A DNA stretch of 64,000 nt, taken from positions 2,563-66,562 of the forward strand of contig CAWILU010000003.1 in the NCBI GenBank assembly GCA_963837055.1. Reading direction: 5' to 3'. Below the pieces are notes generated by a model, which ran no database searches, was not told the DNA's origin, and saw nothing but the letters and a program-made list of their open reading frames with translations. This DNA is from an uncultured Acidobacteriota bacterium. Its GTDB lineage: Bacteria > Actinomycetota > Acidimicrobiia > Spongiisociales > ZC4RG35. Below, piece by piece: positions 1 to 11,237 of this stretch; the first letter of the stretch is position 1, and each line of letters begins with the position of its first letter. Made by a program: the position numbers and the translations under genes.

Positions 1-147
1 GATCTCGTCGAGCCCATGCTGTTCCCCGTGTGCAGTTTGCGGGTCGTACACCGCGTCGGGGGCGAACAATGCTGCGATGTCGTGGTCGTCGTTGCTGCCC
101 CAGGCCTCGATGTAGGCCTCCATCCAGTCGTCGAGACGTTCGCTCAT
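1..147 (-). CDS. SnoaL/NTF2-like protein, N-terminal part (runs off window)
   Basis: Manual translation MSERLDDWMEAYIEAWGSNDDHDIAALFAPDAVY matches the SnoaL-like pattern; ATG overlaps the stop of the upstream GNAT (ATGA). Confidence 0.7.
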   Translation of the reverse strand, partial: MSERLDDWMEAYIEAWGSNDDHDIAALFAPDAVYDPQTAHGEQHGLDEI

Positions 148-884
148 CCCAGGTCCAGTCCAACCACCAACGGCTCCTCGGAGATCACCTCGAAGCCGAA
201 CCGCGAGAACAGGTCGAGGGTTCCGTGGAACGCCTTCTTCTCGTCGTTCGCCGCCCGGACCGGGTAGGCCTCGAGCCGGCGGAACCCGCGATCGGCGAAA
301 GACTTGATCACGCCCTCGAGGAGACGGGTGGCTACGCCATGACCCCGATAGGGCGGGGCGATGACGAAACAGACGATGGACACGATTCCCTCGTCGGCGC
401 CGGTGGCCAGACCGGGTAGCTCGGCCCGTGGGGTCGCATTGCACCACCCGACCACATTGCCGTCCGAGTAGGCCAGCATCCCGCTGGTCCTGCCGTCCTC
501 TATTCGGTGAAGCTGATCTTGACGGTTCTCCTGCCACGGCTCTTGGCCCCAATTCTCGTTCGTCCTCCCGCCCCGGGGATAAAACATGCAGTAGCAGGCC
601 CCCCACCATGGATTGTCGGGAAAGGCGTCACGGTCGAAGAATTCGACCGCGTCCGTCGCGCGATCGGGGCCCAGCGGGACGATCTCGATCTCGCCGACGG
701 TCGCCAAGCGCTCGGTGGGACCGGTGGAACGATCCTCGGACTCGAGGTAGTTCCGAATGGTGGACAGAGTTTCCTCGAACTCAGCGTGCGCGTCGTCGAA
801 ATGAGCCTTCACCGGCGCGGCAAGGGATGCAGTATCTTCGGCCGCCAGGACGGCGCCACAATCACATGTCATCGTCCTGCTCAT
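144..884 (-). CDS. GNAT acetyltransferase with N-terminal CxC...H...H (DUF1059-like) domain
   Basis: CFVIAPPYRGHGVA acetyl-CoA motif, LEAYP, CYCMFY; N-terminus MTCDCG...AHFDDAH. Confidence 0.8.
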   Translation of the reverse strand: MSRTMTCDCGAVLAAEDTASLAAPVKAHFDDAHAEFEETLSTIRNYLESEDRSTGPTERLATVGEIEIVPLGPDRATDAVEFFDRDAFPDNPWWGACYCMFYPRGGRTNENWGQEPWQENRQDQLHRIEDGRTSGMLAYSDGNVVGWCNATPRAELPGLATGADEGIVSIVCFVIAPPYRGHGVATRLLEGVIKSFADRGFRRLEAYPVRAANDEKKAFHGTLDLFSRFGFEVISEEPLVVGLDLG

Positions 885-2248
885 GAGACGGTCAAGGTAC
901 CCGTCGTGGCCAGCTGCCGATACCAGTCGAAGCTTCGCTTCGGCGTCCGCTGCAGCGTCTCTTGATCGACCCAGACCAGCCCGAACCGCTGGGCAAAGCC
1001 CTCAACCCACTCGAGGTTGTCCATCAACGTCCAAACGAAGTAGCCCTGGACCGGGACTCCCCCGGTCCGGGCCTCGGCCACCGCCTGCACGTGGGACCTG
1101 AGGTAGTCGATGCGTCTTCTGTCATCGATGACCCCGTCCGCATCCGGGCCGTCGGAGTAGCTGGCCCCGTTCTCGGTGATAACGATGGCGGGCGGGGCGT
1201 AGGTGTCGTGCAGATGCCGGAGATAACGGGTCAGGCCGCCAGGGTCGACCAGCCAGCCCATCTCGGTGTGATCCGGTCCGGGGTCGGTGCCGGGATCGGG
1301 GCCTGTCTCGGCGGGCTCTTCGTCACCGGCTGCGATGGTCACGGTGGTGTAATAGTTGAGGCCGAGGAAGTCGATGGGGGTGGCGATGGTGGCGAGGTCG
1401 CCGGTGGCGATCAGGTCGGGAGCGATTCTCCCCTTGTCCCGATAGACGCTCATGATGTCGTCGGGATACCCGTGACCGAACACCGGGTCGAAGAACCAAC
1501 GATTCCGGACGCCGTCGAAGTACCTGGCCGCGGAATGGTCCTCCTCGGAGTCCGAAGCGGGCCGGGCGGGACGACAATCGATGCCGATCCCGACATTCGC
1601 CCCGGGCACAACGCCGCGGATCTCCCCGACGGCCTCGCCATGAGACAGCAGCAGATGATGGCCGGCGGTCAATGCGGTTGACCAGTCCGAGATGCCGGGA
1701 GCGAAATACCCGTCACGGTGGCCGAGCATGGCCGAAACCCAGGGCTCGTTCTGAGTGATCCAGTGGGTCACGTGCTCACCAAGGGCGCCTGCGACCACGC
1801 ACGCGTATCGAGCGAAGGCATCGACCGTGGCCCGCGATGCCCATCCCCCCTTCTCCTGAAGGGCCTGGGGCAGGTCCCAGTGGTACAGGGTCACGAATGG
1901 GGTGATCCCACGTGCCCTGAGCCCGGCGACGAGACGGCGATAGAAGTCCAGACCCGCTTGGTTCACTCTGCCGTCGCCGTCGGGGATGACCCGAGGCCAG
2001 GAGACAGAGAAACGGTAGGAGGAGACTCCGAGGGCGGCGAGGAGATCCAGGTCCTCCTGCCAGCGGTGGAAATGGTCACAGGCGATGTCACCTGGATCTC
2101 GGAGGCGTCCTTGATCGGAGAACCGATCCCAGATGGAGTCACCCTTGCCCTGCTCCCGGCGGCCTCCCTCGATCTGATAGGCCGCGGTGCCGACACCCCA
2201 ATGGAAGTCGTCGGGGAAGGGCGCGGGCGACGCAGCCGCTTCGCTCAG
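881..2248 (-). CDS. Glycoside hydrolase family 1 (beta-glucosidase); start codon uncertain
   Basis: [14 protein letters not shown] lies in frame upstream of ORF 881..1966; [11 protein letters not shown] and ITENG catalytic motifs, DNLEW. Confidence 0.9.
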   Translation of the reverse strand: MSEAAASPAPFPDDFHWGVGTAAYQIEGGRREQGKGDSIWDRFSDQGRLRDPGDIACDHFHRWQEDLDLLAALGVSSYRFSVSWPRVIPDGDGRVNQAGLDFYRRLVAGLRARGITPFVTLYHWDLPQALQEKGGWASRATVDAFARYACVVAGALGEHVTHWITQNEPWVSAMLGHRDGYFAPGISDWSTALTAGHHLLLSHGEAVGEIRGVVPGANVGIGIDCRPARPASDSEEDHSAARYFDGVRNRWFFDPVFGHGYPDDIMSVYRDKGRIAPDLIATGDLATIATPIDFLGLNYYTTVTIAAGDEEPAETGPDPGTDPGPDHTEMGWLVDPGGLTRYLRHLHDTYAPPAIVITENGASYSDGPDADGVIDDRRRIDYLRSHVQAVAEARTGGVPVQGYFVWTLMDNLEWVEGFAQRFGLVWVDQETLQRTPKRSFDWYRQLATTGTLTVS

Positions 2249-2270
2249 ACGACCCGGAGAAGCCTGCTGA

Positions 2271-3501
2271 TCAGACGCTGGCGCCTACCTTCTGCTCCGA
2301 GCCGACCCTGATCCCGCTCTTCGGGTCGAAGAAGTGGAGTTTGGCGGTGTCCACGATCAATTCGATCTCGTCGCCGCGCGACCACCCGCGCATCGGGGCT
2401 GACCCGGGCGATGAAGTTTGTGGTGTCGCCCAACGAGGAGGCATCCTGACCAGTGTCAGCGAGCAGCTCTTCGATGTCCGGGGTCATGACGGGGGCGCGA
2501 TTCACCGTGAAGTGAACATAGGTCTCCGCACCGAGCATCTCGGTCACTTCGACTATCGCCTTCAGGGTCCGGTCCGGGTCCGGGTCTTTGACCGAGGCTG
2601 CCTCGAGTGAGTTGGGCCGGATTCCGACCACCAGCTCCTCGGCCATCCGGTTCTCGAGCCCGGGGTGGGCGGCGAGGGCCCGAGGATCGACCTTCAACTC
2701 GGCGTTGGGCAATTTGACCCAAACCGTGTCACCCCGATTCTCCAACCGGCCGTAGCTGAGGTTCATCGCCGGGCTGCCGATGAAACCGGCGACGAAGAGA
2801 TTGTCGGGGTGATCGAAGAGATCGGTGGGGCGGCCAACCTGCTGCAAGTTCCAGGGCCTCGCCGCCGACACCGGGCGAAGCACGGCGACACGGTCACCCA
2901 ATGTCATGGCCTCGACCTGGTCGTGCGTTACGTAGACAGTGGTCGTCTCGAGGCGGCCGTGGAGACGCTCCAGCTCGGCCCGCATCTGAACTCTCAGTTT
3001 GGCGTCCAGGTTGGAGAGGGGCTCGTCCATCAGAAAGGCGGCGGGCTCACGGACGATCGCCCGGCCCATTGCGACCCGCTGTCTCTGCCCACCGGACAGG
3101 GCCTTGGGCTTGCGCTGCAGGTACTCCCGGATCTCGAGGATGTCGGCCGCCTCATTGACCCGACGCTCGATCTCGTCCTTGGAGAACTTCCTCAGCTTGA
3201 GACCGAAGGCCATGTTGTCGTACACCGACATGTGCGGATACAGGGCGTAGTTCTGGAACACCATGGCGATGTCCCGGTCCTTGGGAGCGACGTCGTTGAC
3301 CACCTTGTCCCCGATCATCATGGTGCCCTCGGTGATGTCCTCGAGACCGGCGATCATCCTGAGGACGGTCGACTTGCCGCATCCCGATGGGCCGACCAGC
3401 ACGAGGAATTCGCCATCTTCGATCTCGAGATCGAGGTCGCCTACCGCCCTGGTGCCATCCTCGTAGACCTTCCCGAGATCCTCCATCGTGATCTGAGCCA
3501 T
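2271..3501 (-). CDS. CUT1 sugar ABC transporter ATPase (MsiK/MalK-like); frameshift near 2375
   Basis: GPSGCGKS Walker [15 protein letters not shown] signature, [12 protein letters not shown]; C-terminal KLHFFDP lies in another frame. Confidence 0.92.
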
Positions 3502-3660
3502 CAGTGCAACTCCCTCATATCTCGTGGCCGACGGCGTGAACCTAGCGAATGTACGCGGGTCGGGTCGGGCGCGACCAGCACGCGTCCGGTGGACTCGGAT
3601 ATGGTTGGCGGTTGAGTGACGGGCAACACCCGACTCTCGAAACGATACGGAGGAGCAAAT

Positions 3661-5047
3661 ATGAAACGAATGCAAGGGCTGCTGGCTTTGTTGGCAGTGT
3701 TTGCAATGGTGCTGGTCGCCTGTGGCGGTGACGGTGGAACGACCACCACCGCCGAAGACGGGGGCACCACCGCCGAAGGCGGCGGAGGAGACGCCAGTGC
3801 AGCTGACTTCGCCTTGTTCGGGGCCCCGACCGGGGTCGAGGGTGACGCCATGACCGGGTTCATCGAGGCGTACAACGGCGAGACCGGGTCGGCCATCAGC
3901 TACACCGGCGGACGACTTCGAGACGCAGTTGCAGATCCGGGTCGAAGGGGAACTCCGCCGGACGTGGCGTTCATGCCGCAGCCGGCGTCGATCTGCGTGT
4001 ACGCCGGCGAAGGGGCACCTGGCGTCGCTGGAGGACATGGGCTTCGACATCGCGGCGATGGAGGCGAACCACGGCAAGTTCTGGATGGACCTGGGACTGT
4101 GTGAGGACGGGAGCCACTACGGCATCCCGTGGTTCCCGAACTTCAAGTCGGTCGTCTTCTACCACCAGCCGACGTTCGAGGAGAACGGCTACGAGGTTCC
4201 CGAGACCTATGAGGACCTGGTGGCGCTGTCCGAGCAGATCGTCGCCGACGGGATGACCCCGTGGTGCTTCGGCTTCGAGGCGGGCACCGCAACCGGTTGG
4301 GCGGGCACCGACTGGATCGAGGACATCGTGGTGCGCCAGGTCGGTGCCGACGTGTACACCCAGTGGTACCAGGGTGAGGTTCCCTTCACCGACCCGCAGA
4401 TCTCCCAGGCGTTCGACACCTTCGGTGAGATCCTGCACGGCGAGGGCTTCGTGCTCGGCGGCGCCGAGAACGTGCCGTCGATCAATCGTCGACGACTCGC
4501 CCGGGCCGCTGTTCCAGGACCCGCCGGGCTGCCTGATGCTGAAGCAGGGCTCGTTCATCGCCAACGTGTTCGCCGACATGCCCGAGTTCGAGGAGGGTGA
4601 GGACGCCGAGATCGACGTCTTCCCGTTCCCGACCATCGACGGCAACGGCGGCGCCATGGGCGGTGGCGACACCCTGATCGTCTTCAACGACGACCCGGCC
4701 AACGTCCAGGCGGTGAAGGACTGGATCACGCCTGAGTGGCTGTGCACCCTCGCCTCGGAGACCGGTGGCGGCATCGCTGAGCACGGCGGCCACGGCGTCC
4801 CCGGTGTCCAGCGGCTGCCCGGTCACAAGGACGTCGACCCCAACTGCTACGAGACCGAAGCCGCCATCGCCTTCGCCGAGACCATCACCGAGGCGCTCGG
4901 CTCGAACACCTTCGTGTTCGACGCCTCGGACCTGATGCCCCCGAGGTCGGGCAGCGGACGTTCTGGGACGGCATGGTCAGCTTCGCCCAGGGCACGCCAA
5001 CCGCCGAGGTCACCGAAGCCATCCAGGCCGCCTGGCCGGCTTCCTGA
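3661..5047 (+). CDS. Sugar ABC transporter substrate-binding lipoprotein (AglE-like), frameshifted
   Basis: GGAGGAG RBS, lipobox LVAC, PWCFGFE...[18 protein letters not shown]; pieces in ORFs 3616, 3929 and 4344. Confidence 0.88.
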
Positions 5048-5077
5048 AGACCGATCGGTGACAGTCGAACGAATCGG

Positions 5078-5103
5078 AGGGGGCGGCCTGCGGGCCGCCC
5101 CCT
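5078..5103 (+). terminator. GC-rich hairpin after the SBP gene (terminator or mRNA stabiliser)
   Basis: AGGGGGCGGCC-TGCG-GGCCGCCCCCT, 11-bp stem. Confidence 0.6.
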
Positions 5104-5149
5104 TCCGTTGCTAGGGTGATCGACACCTTCAGAGGGAGGGAGGTCCTGG

Positions 5150-6318
5150 ATGGCGGCGAGTGACGCCGCCGCTGCTCGAAGAGGAGATGGGCGGGCCGCC
5201 GCAGCCCGTTGTCCACGAGGAGCAGGCGCCACGGGTTCACCGTCTGGCTGGCTCCGTATCGCCGCCGCCCTCGTCCTCCCCGCCGTTCTCGTCGCCTTCT
5301 TCTTCACGTTCGGGTTCCTGAAGAGCGAGAACGCCAACAAGGCGCTCCAGGTCAGTCGTCGCCGTCGTGGTGGGCGTCGCCGGGATCTGGGCGCTCTACT
5401 GGGGCATGGACCGGCTCACCAACACGCTGCCATCGAAGGCGGCGGCTGCGGTGCGTCCCTTCGTGTTCGCCGGGCCTGGCGTCGCCCTGCTCGGCTTCTA
5501 CCTGGTGTACCCGGCGATCAACACCACGATCACCAGCTTCCGGAACTCCAGCTCGACCGATTGGGTCGGGTTGGCCAACTACGAGCGGATCTTCACCGAG
5601 AGCACCTTCCTGGTAGCGATCCGCAACAGCTTCGTCTGGGTCCTGGTGGTCCCCGCCGCTGCGGTGCTCATCGGCCTCTCCTTCGCCACCCTGGCCGACA
5701 AGCTGCCGCGACGCGCCGAAGTCGGTTTCTCGAAGTCGCTGATCTTCCTGCCGATGGCGATCTCCTTCGTCGGCGCGTCCGTGGTGTGGAGGTTCGTCTA
5801 CAGCTTCCGCGCCGAGGGCTTCGGCGAGCAGATCGGTCTGATCAACGGCATCGTGCGCCTCTTTCGGCTGATGGCGCCACGTGAATGGCTCGCCCATGAC
5901 CCCGTGGAACAACCTGTTCCTGATGGTCATCCTGATCTGGCTGCAGACCGGCTTCTGCATGGTCATCCTCTCGTCGGCGATCAAATCGGTGCCCGACGAG
6001 TTGCTGGAGGCGGCCCGGATCGACGGGGCCAACGGAGTGGCAGGCGTTCCGCCGGATCGTCCTGCCCTCGATCTCGTCGACGGTGGTGGTGGTGTGGACC
6101 ACCACCGTCATCACCGTGTGGAAGGTCTTCGACATCGTGTACGTCATGACCGGGGGTCGGGAAACACCCAGGTCGTGGCCAGCCAGATGGTGACGGAGTT
6201 CTTCGACAACAGCAACAACGGGATCGGCGCCGCCTTGGCCGTGGTGCTCTTCATCGCCGTCGTCCCCATCCTGGTCATCAACGTCAAGCGGTTCCGCGCC
6301 CAGGAGGCGATGCGATGA
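5150..6318 (+). CDS. Sugar ABC permease (AglF/MalF-like), frameshifted
   Basis: FLPMAISFVGA, EAARIDGA EAA loop, KVFDIVYV; split over several frames. Confidence 0.88.
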
Positions 6319-7213
6319 CGGCCGTCGAAACCCCGGGCCGGCGCACCAGTCGCCCCACCGGTGCCGACGGTCAAGAAGCCGTCGCGGTTCCCGATCTATC
6401 TCACCGTCTGGGTCATCGTCGTCCTGTGGACGCTGCCCTCCTCGGGCTGCTCGTCAACTCGTTCCGCGACCCGCGCCGACATCCGGCGAGCGGGTGGTGG
6501 ACGGTGTTCGGCGAGATCTTCGACTCGGCCACCTGGACCCTCGAGAACTACCGGGTGGTCTTGGACCAGGGCTTCGCCAACGCCTTCGCCAACACGCTGG
6601 CGGTGACCATCCCGGCGGTGGTCATCCCGATCACCATCGCCGCCTTCGCCGCCTACGCCTTCGCCTGGATGGAGTTCCCCGGCCGGAACATCATCTTCGT
6701 GGTCATCGTCGGGCTGATGGTGGTGCCGCTGCAGATGGCCCTCATCCCCATCCTGCGCATCTACACCAGCTTCGACCTCAATGGGACGTTCCCGGCGGTG
6801 TGGCTGGCCCACGCCGGCTTCGGGTTGCCGCTGGCCATGTACCTGTTACGCAACTACATGGGCTCGCTTGCCGGCCTCGATCATCGAGTCGGCCAAGATC
6901 GACGGAGCCGACCACTTCACCATCTTCACCAGGCTGATCGTCCCGCTGTCGGTGCCGGTGCTGGCGTCGTTCGCCATCTTCCAGTTCCTCTGGGTGTGGA
7001 ACGACTACCTGGTGGCGCTGGTCTTCCTGGGCATCGACCCGGACGTGGCGGTGCTCACCGTCGAGCTGGCCCAGCCTGGCAGGCCGCGGCGAGGGCGCCC
7101 TCAACCTGCTCCCGGCGGCGGCATTCGTCTCGATGGTGCTCCCCATGGTGGTGTTCTTCTCCCTGCAGCGATACTTCGTGCGAGGGCTCACCGCCGGCTC
7201 GGTCAAGGGCTGA
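6315..7213 (+). CDS. Sugar ABC permease (AglG/MalG-like), frameshifted
   Basis: AAFAAYAFAW, ESAKIDGA, FQFLWVWND, ends GSVKG-TGA. Confidence 0.88.
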
Positions 7214-7768
7214 GGGGCGGCTCCCGGCCATCGACGAGGACACCATCGACCAGTACCGGAAGCGGAACTGGTTGGCCATCGCCATCGGCACGGTGGTGAT
7301 GATGTTCAGCTACTTCCCGTACGCCCGGGCCTTCGCCGTCCCGGAGGGTGCCCCGCCGGCGATCGACGTCCCGTTGGTGGGGATGGCCCTGGCGGTGGCG
7401 CCCTTCGTCTTCGTGGCGGTGGGATTCGTGTCGCAGAACCCGAAGGCGCCGCGCCACGTGCTGCACGCCATGGGACTGCTGCTGGTGCTGGGCCTCGGCC
7501 TCGGGCTGCTGTCCCCGGTGCTCGGAGCGCGCGGCAGGGTTCGGGGTCGGAAGCGCTCTGTGTCTCCGTCGTGCCCGACATCCCGGGCCTGATGACATGC
7601 CGTCTGGTGGCGGTCGGGCTGGGGGCCGCCTATGCATCGGTGTTGCTCTTCGTCGCCCCACCAGCCGGGGTTCTCGCCGGCGCCATCGTCCCCACCATCA
7701 TGGTCGGGTTCGCCGACGAGTACGGGGCATGGCGGGCCACCCGGGAACATCCGGAGGCGGGCGCCTAG
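7214..7768 (+). CDS. Hypothetical multi-pass membrane protein (frameshifted, start unclear)
   Basis: Several hydrophobic helices in the tail of ORF 6315..7592 and in ORF 7571..7768; coding-like codon bias. Confidence 0.55.
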   Translation, partial: GAAPGHRRGHHRPVPEAELVGHRHRHGGDDVQLLPVRPGLRRPGGCPAGDRRPVGGDGPGGGALRLRGGGIRVAEPEGAAPRAARHGTAAGAGPRPRAAVPGARSARQGSGSEALCVSVVPDIPGLMTCRLVAVGLGAAYASVLLFVAPPAGVLAGAIVPTIMVGFADEYGAWRATREHPEAGA

Positions 7769-8976
7769 ACCGCGGTCACGGTCTGACTGCCCAGGTCGAA
7801 TCCCGGCATCCCTGCCGCCATCCAGTCATCGAGGGCCTCCTCATTCGGCACGTCCTGTTCCCGGCGTTGCGCCAGGCGGAATCGATGATGCAACAGGTCG
7901 CAGTACCCCTGGACCGGGTTGCCCTGCCGCAGCTCCGAGATCGCAGCGACCATCGGCTCGAATGAGGTGGTCAGCCATTTGAAGGTGCCCACACTCTTTC
8001 CCGAGGCGGAGACCGAGCCGTGCTTGGCCAGGTAGTAGTTCAGATCGCTGAGGATGACCCGAGCCTGGTTCTCCGAAGCGTCGATGCCGGTCTGTTGGCG
8101 CAGGCGCTCCGAATGAAACGTGCGGCCGCCAACCTCGACCTTCATCCTGACCAGACTCCCCTCTTCGGTCGGCGTGAGGTCGACGTCGTTGACCGAGAAC
8201 CCGAGTTGGTTGAGACGGCCGATTCGTTCGCGAATCCGATAGCTCTCGTCCCTCGTGATCACGAGCTCCTCGGTCAGCTCGTCCCACAGAGACCGATATC
8301 GCGCCTCGACATCCTCGCCAAGCGTGAAGTCGGCACGGTCGATCTCCAACCCGGTCATGGCGGCGATGTCGGCCATCTCACCGGCGAGGTTCAGCTTCAT
8401 GATCTCCAGATCCTCGGCTCTCTGCCCATCCGAGAGCTGGTCGTAGAGACGGGAGGTCTCGGCATCGATCATGATCGACTCGATCGCCTCGGCGTCATAT
8501 CGGTAGAGCAGATTCGACAGCGAGCAATCCCCCCAGAAGCACCCGGAGATATGGAGCTCGACGAGAAGGCCGGCTATGGCGTCGAGCATCTGGTCCCGTC
8601 TCGGGCCAAAGCCGGAGCCACTGACCAGATGGCGGTAGGGGAAGGTGTGCTCGACATATCGGGTGATGACTGCGGCCGACTGCTCGTCATGGGGGTCGAG
8701 CCATACTCGCTCCACCAGACCCACCACCTCGGCCGACCTCGTCGTTCGTTCCTCGAGGGCCCGGAACACCTGGTATTCACTGTTGGCCAACCTCCTGGGC
8801 AGCTCCTTGATGACGAACACGCCCTCGTCATAGGCGACGAACACCACCGGATGACGATGGATCCCGGTCGGCATCTCGACCAGCCGCTCGTGCGCCCAGT
8901 CGCTGACTGGCTGGTCCCAGGGAAGATCGAGGAACTCCGGGTTGCCGGGCCGGATCAGGAGATGTGGGGTACCCAT
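7765..8976 (-). CDS. DUF4032 / Kdo-WaaP kinase-like protein
   Basis: LLDLPW-like N-terminus, GIHRHPVVFV, FWGDCSLSNLLYRYDA, IDAETS. Confidence 0.8.
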   Translation of the reverse strand: MGTPHLLIRPGNPEFLDLPWDQPVSDWAHERLVEMPTGIHRHPVVFVAYDEGVFVIKELPRRLANSEYQVFRALEERTTRSAEVVGLVERVWLDPHDEQSAAVITRYVEHTFPYRHLVSGSGFGPRRDQMLDAIAGLLVELHISGCFWGDCSLSNLLYRYDAEAIESIMIDAETSRLYDQLSDGQRAEDLEIMKLNLAGEMADIAAMTGLEIDRADFTLGEDVEARYRSLWDELTEELVITRDESYRIRERIGRLNQLGFSVNDVDLTPTEEGSLVRMKVEVGGRTFHSERLRQQTGIDASENQARVILSDLNYYLAKHGSVSASGKSVGTFKWLTTSFEPMVAAISELRQGNPVQGYCDLLHHRFRLAQRREQDVPNEEALDDWMAAGMPGFDLGSQTVTAV

Positions 8977-9015
8977 CCGCAACCATTCTGGGCCGCGCGA
9001 AAGCGGTAGTGCCGT

Positions 9016-9050
9016 TTGACACGGGCCTCCAGACTTTGTAAGTTTACTTA
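9016..9050 (+). promoter_or_regulatory. SigA-type promoter with overlapping palindromic operator
   Basis: TTGACA (9016-9021), 17 bp, TAAGTT (9039-9044); TAAGT-TT-ACTTA palindrome 9039-9050 in an AT-rich patch upstream of the ROK repressor. Confidence 0.7.
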
Positions 9051-9073
9051 ACTTTCTTTGGAGGAGGAAAGGT

Positions 9074-10254
9074 TTGGCTGTCGACAGCTATCAGGCGGAC
9101 CGGCGTCATGCCAAGGCGACCCGTCACGATTCACGTCGCAGCAACCTCCGCACCACGCTCGAGCTCGTCTCCGACCAGGGTGCCACCAGCAGAGCCGAGA
9201 TCGCACGGCGGACCGGTCTATCCCGTGCCGCTGTTTCGAGTCTGGTTGGCGAGTTGATCGATAACGGTCTGCTCCGCGAATTGGGTCAGGGGACCTCCGC
9301 AGGTGGCAAACCACCGACCCTTCTCGCCCTCAATGAGAGGGGCCGCGACATCGTGGCCATTGATCTCGGGCACCGTCCGTTCCGGGGAGCCTTGGTGGAC
9401 CTGAGCGGGCGGATCCACGAACGTGTCGATGCAGATCATGGCAGAGACCTCCCCGGTCGGTGATAAGGCCCACGAGGTCGCCGTGGATCTGATCGAGAGA
9501 TTGATCGCGAAGTCCACCGCCCCGGTTCTCGGGATCGGAGTCGGTGCTCCCGGGTGTGATCAACCCCGAAGGCACGGTCCTCGAGGCCACGAACCTCGAC
9601 TGGCATGGATTCGATCTGGGCCCCGAGTTGCGACGTCGGTTCGACATCCCCGTCTCGATCGCCAACGATGCTGCGATGGCGGCTCTGTTCGAGTTCCGCC
9701 GCCGCCCCACCGACCGCAATCTCATCCTGGTCAAGCTCGGCCGTGGCGTCGGAGCCGGGGTCGTTCTCGATGGAGCCCTTCACCGGGGAGAGCACTCGGC
9801 GGCAGGAGAGATCGGCCACGTCAGGGTGAAGGACGACGGCGATACCTGTCGCTGTGGGAACCTCGGGTGTCTCGAGACCGTCGCCAGCGTGCCGGCCATC
9901 TTGCGTCGCCTCGGTGCCGACCCCGAGCGGCATCCATGGGACGCACTTGCTCTAGCCGGCCTCGTCGGAGACGAGCCAGTTCGCCGGGCGTTTACCGAGG
10001 CGGGCCGACATATCGGGATGGTCTTGGCCGACGTCGTTGCGACCCTCGACATCGGCCACGTCGTGCTGGCGCCGGAGCTGCTGAATGCCAGCGACATACT
10101 CATCGAAGAGATCCGCAACGAGATGCGCAGCCGCATCCTCCCTGCCACAGCGGATCTGATCGAGATCGAGGCAACCCAGATCGGAGCGGACCTCGTGCTG
10201 GCCGGCGCAGCATCTGGCGTCCTCGTCGACCGACTCGGGGTGGTACTGCGATGA
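9074..10254 (+). CDS. ROK-family transcriptional repressor (NagC/XylR-like), frameshifted
   Basis: N-terminal HTH SRAEIARRTGLSRAAVS, GGKPP, GEIGH...CRCGNLGCLE. Confidence 0.88.
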
Positions 10255-11215
10255 CGACGACGGTCGGAATCGAAATCGGCGGCTCATCGACGTCTGCCGT
10301 CGCCATCGGACCCGAGAGGGCAAGTCTTGGGCCGTCATCAGATCGAAGACGTGGTGTCGAGGGTGGCCGGCAAATGGTTTCCTCGGCCGTCGCCGCGGTG
10401 ACCGCGCTTGAGGTCGACGATTGCGCCGGCGATTGGGGTTGGCGTGCCAGGTCAAGTCGATCCGACGGAACGGGTCGAGTGGCCATGGCAGTGAATCTCG
10501 GCGTCGGTCGCGGAGCCGTTCGGACTGGCTGACGAGATCGAGGCCACACTCGGCGTCCCGGTGACCGTCGAGAACGATGTTCATGCCGCAGCGGTCGGGG
10601 CGTACGAGAGCCTTCGATCGATGGCCAGAGCCCCGGAGAGCCTTGCCCTGGTCAGCATCGGAACCGGAATAGGTGCCGGCGTCGTAGTGAAGGGTGCGTT
10701 GTTACGCGGGGCGCGAGGCATGGCTGGTGAGATCGGGCATGTCGTCGTCGACGAGTCGGGCGTCTTGTGCCGATGCGGTCAGCGGGGATGCCTGGAGGCA
10801 GTCGCGGCAGGTCCCGCCATAGCTCGGGCATGGCCCAAAGGTGTGAACGGGACCGCGGCCACTGCCCTGTTCGGGGCGGCTTCGGACGGTGACCCCGCCG
10901 CCGAGAAAGTGGCCGGTCGGATCGCGGGCCATCTCACCACCGCCCTCATCTGGCTGGCCGCGACCTACGACACCGAGGTCATGGTCCTGGCAGGGGCTGT
11001 CGCGGTGCCGGCGACCCCTTCCTGACGGCGGTGAGAGACCAGGTCGGCGCGCCGCGGCGTGGCATCCGAGCTCGCCGCCCGCCGACTGCGACCTGAGCAG
11101 GTCATCCTGGCTAGGGCCGATGACCCTCCCGGGCCCGCGGGGCGCAGCCGTCTTGGCTGCCAATCATCTTCTTCAAACGCGGGAGTCACCCGCAGAAAGC
11201 AAGCAGAAACAATGA
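10251..11215 (+). CDS. ROK-family sugar kinase (glucokinase/GlcNAc kinase-like), frameshifted
   Basis: VGIEIGGS, ENDVHAAA, GTGIGAG, GEIGH...CRCGQRGCLE. Confidence 0.82.
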
Positions 11216-11237
11216 GCAACCAACAAGGAGGAACGGT

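Noticed and set aside
3638-3649. LacI-type operator-like CGAAACGATACG before the first SBP
   Set aside because: Weak palindrome and no LacI regulator in the window.
2245-4077. 610-aa ABC ATPase
   Set aside because: The N-terminal part is antisense to the SBP; the real start is MAQIT at 3501.
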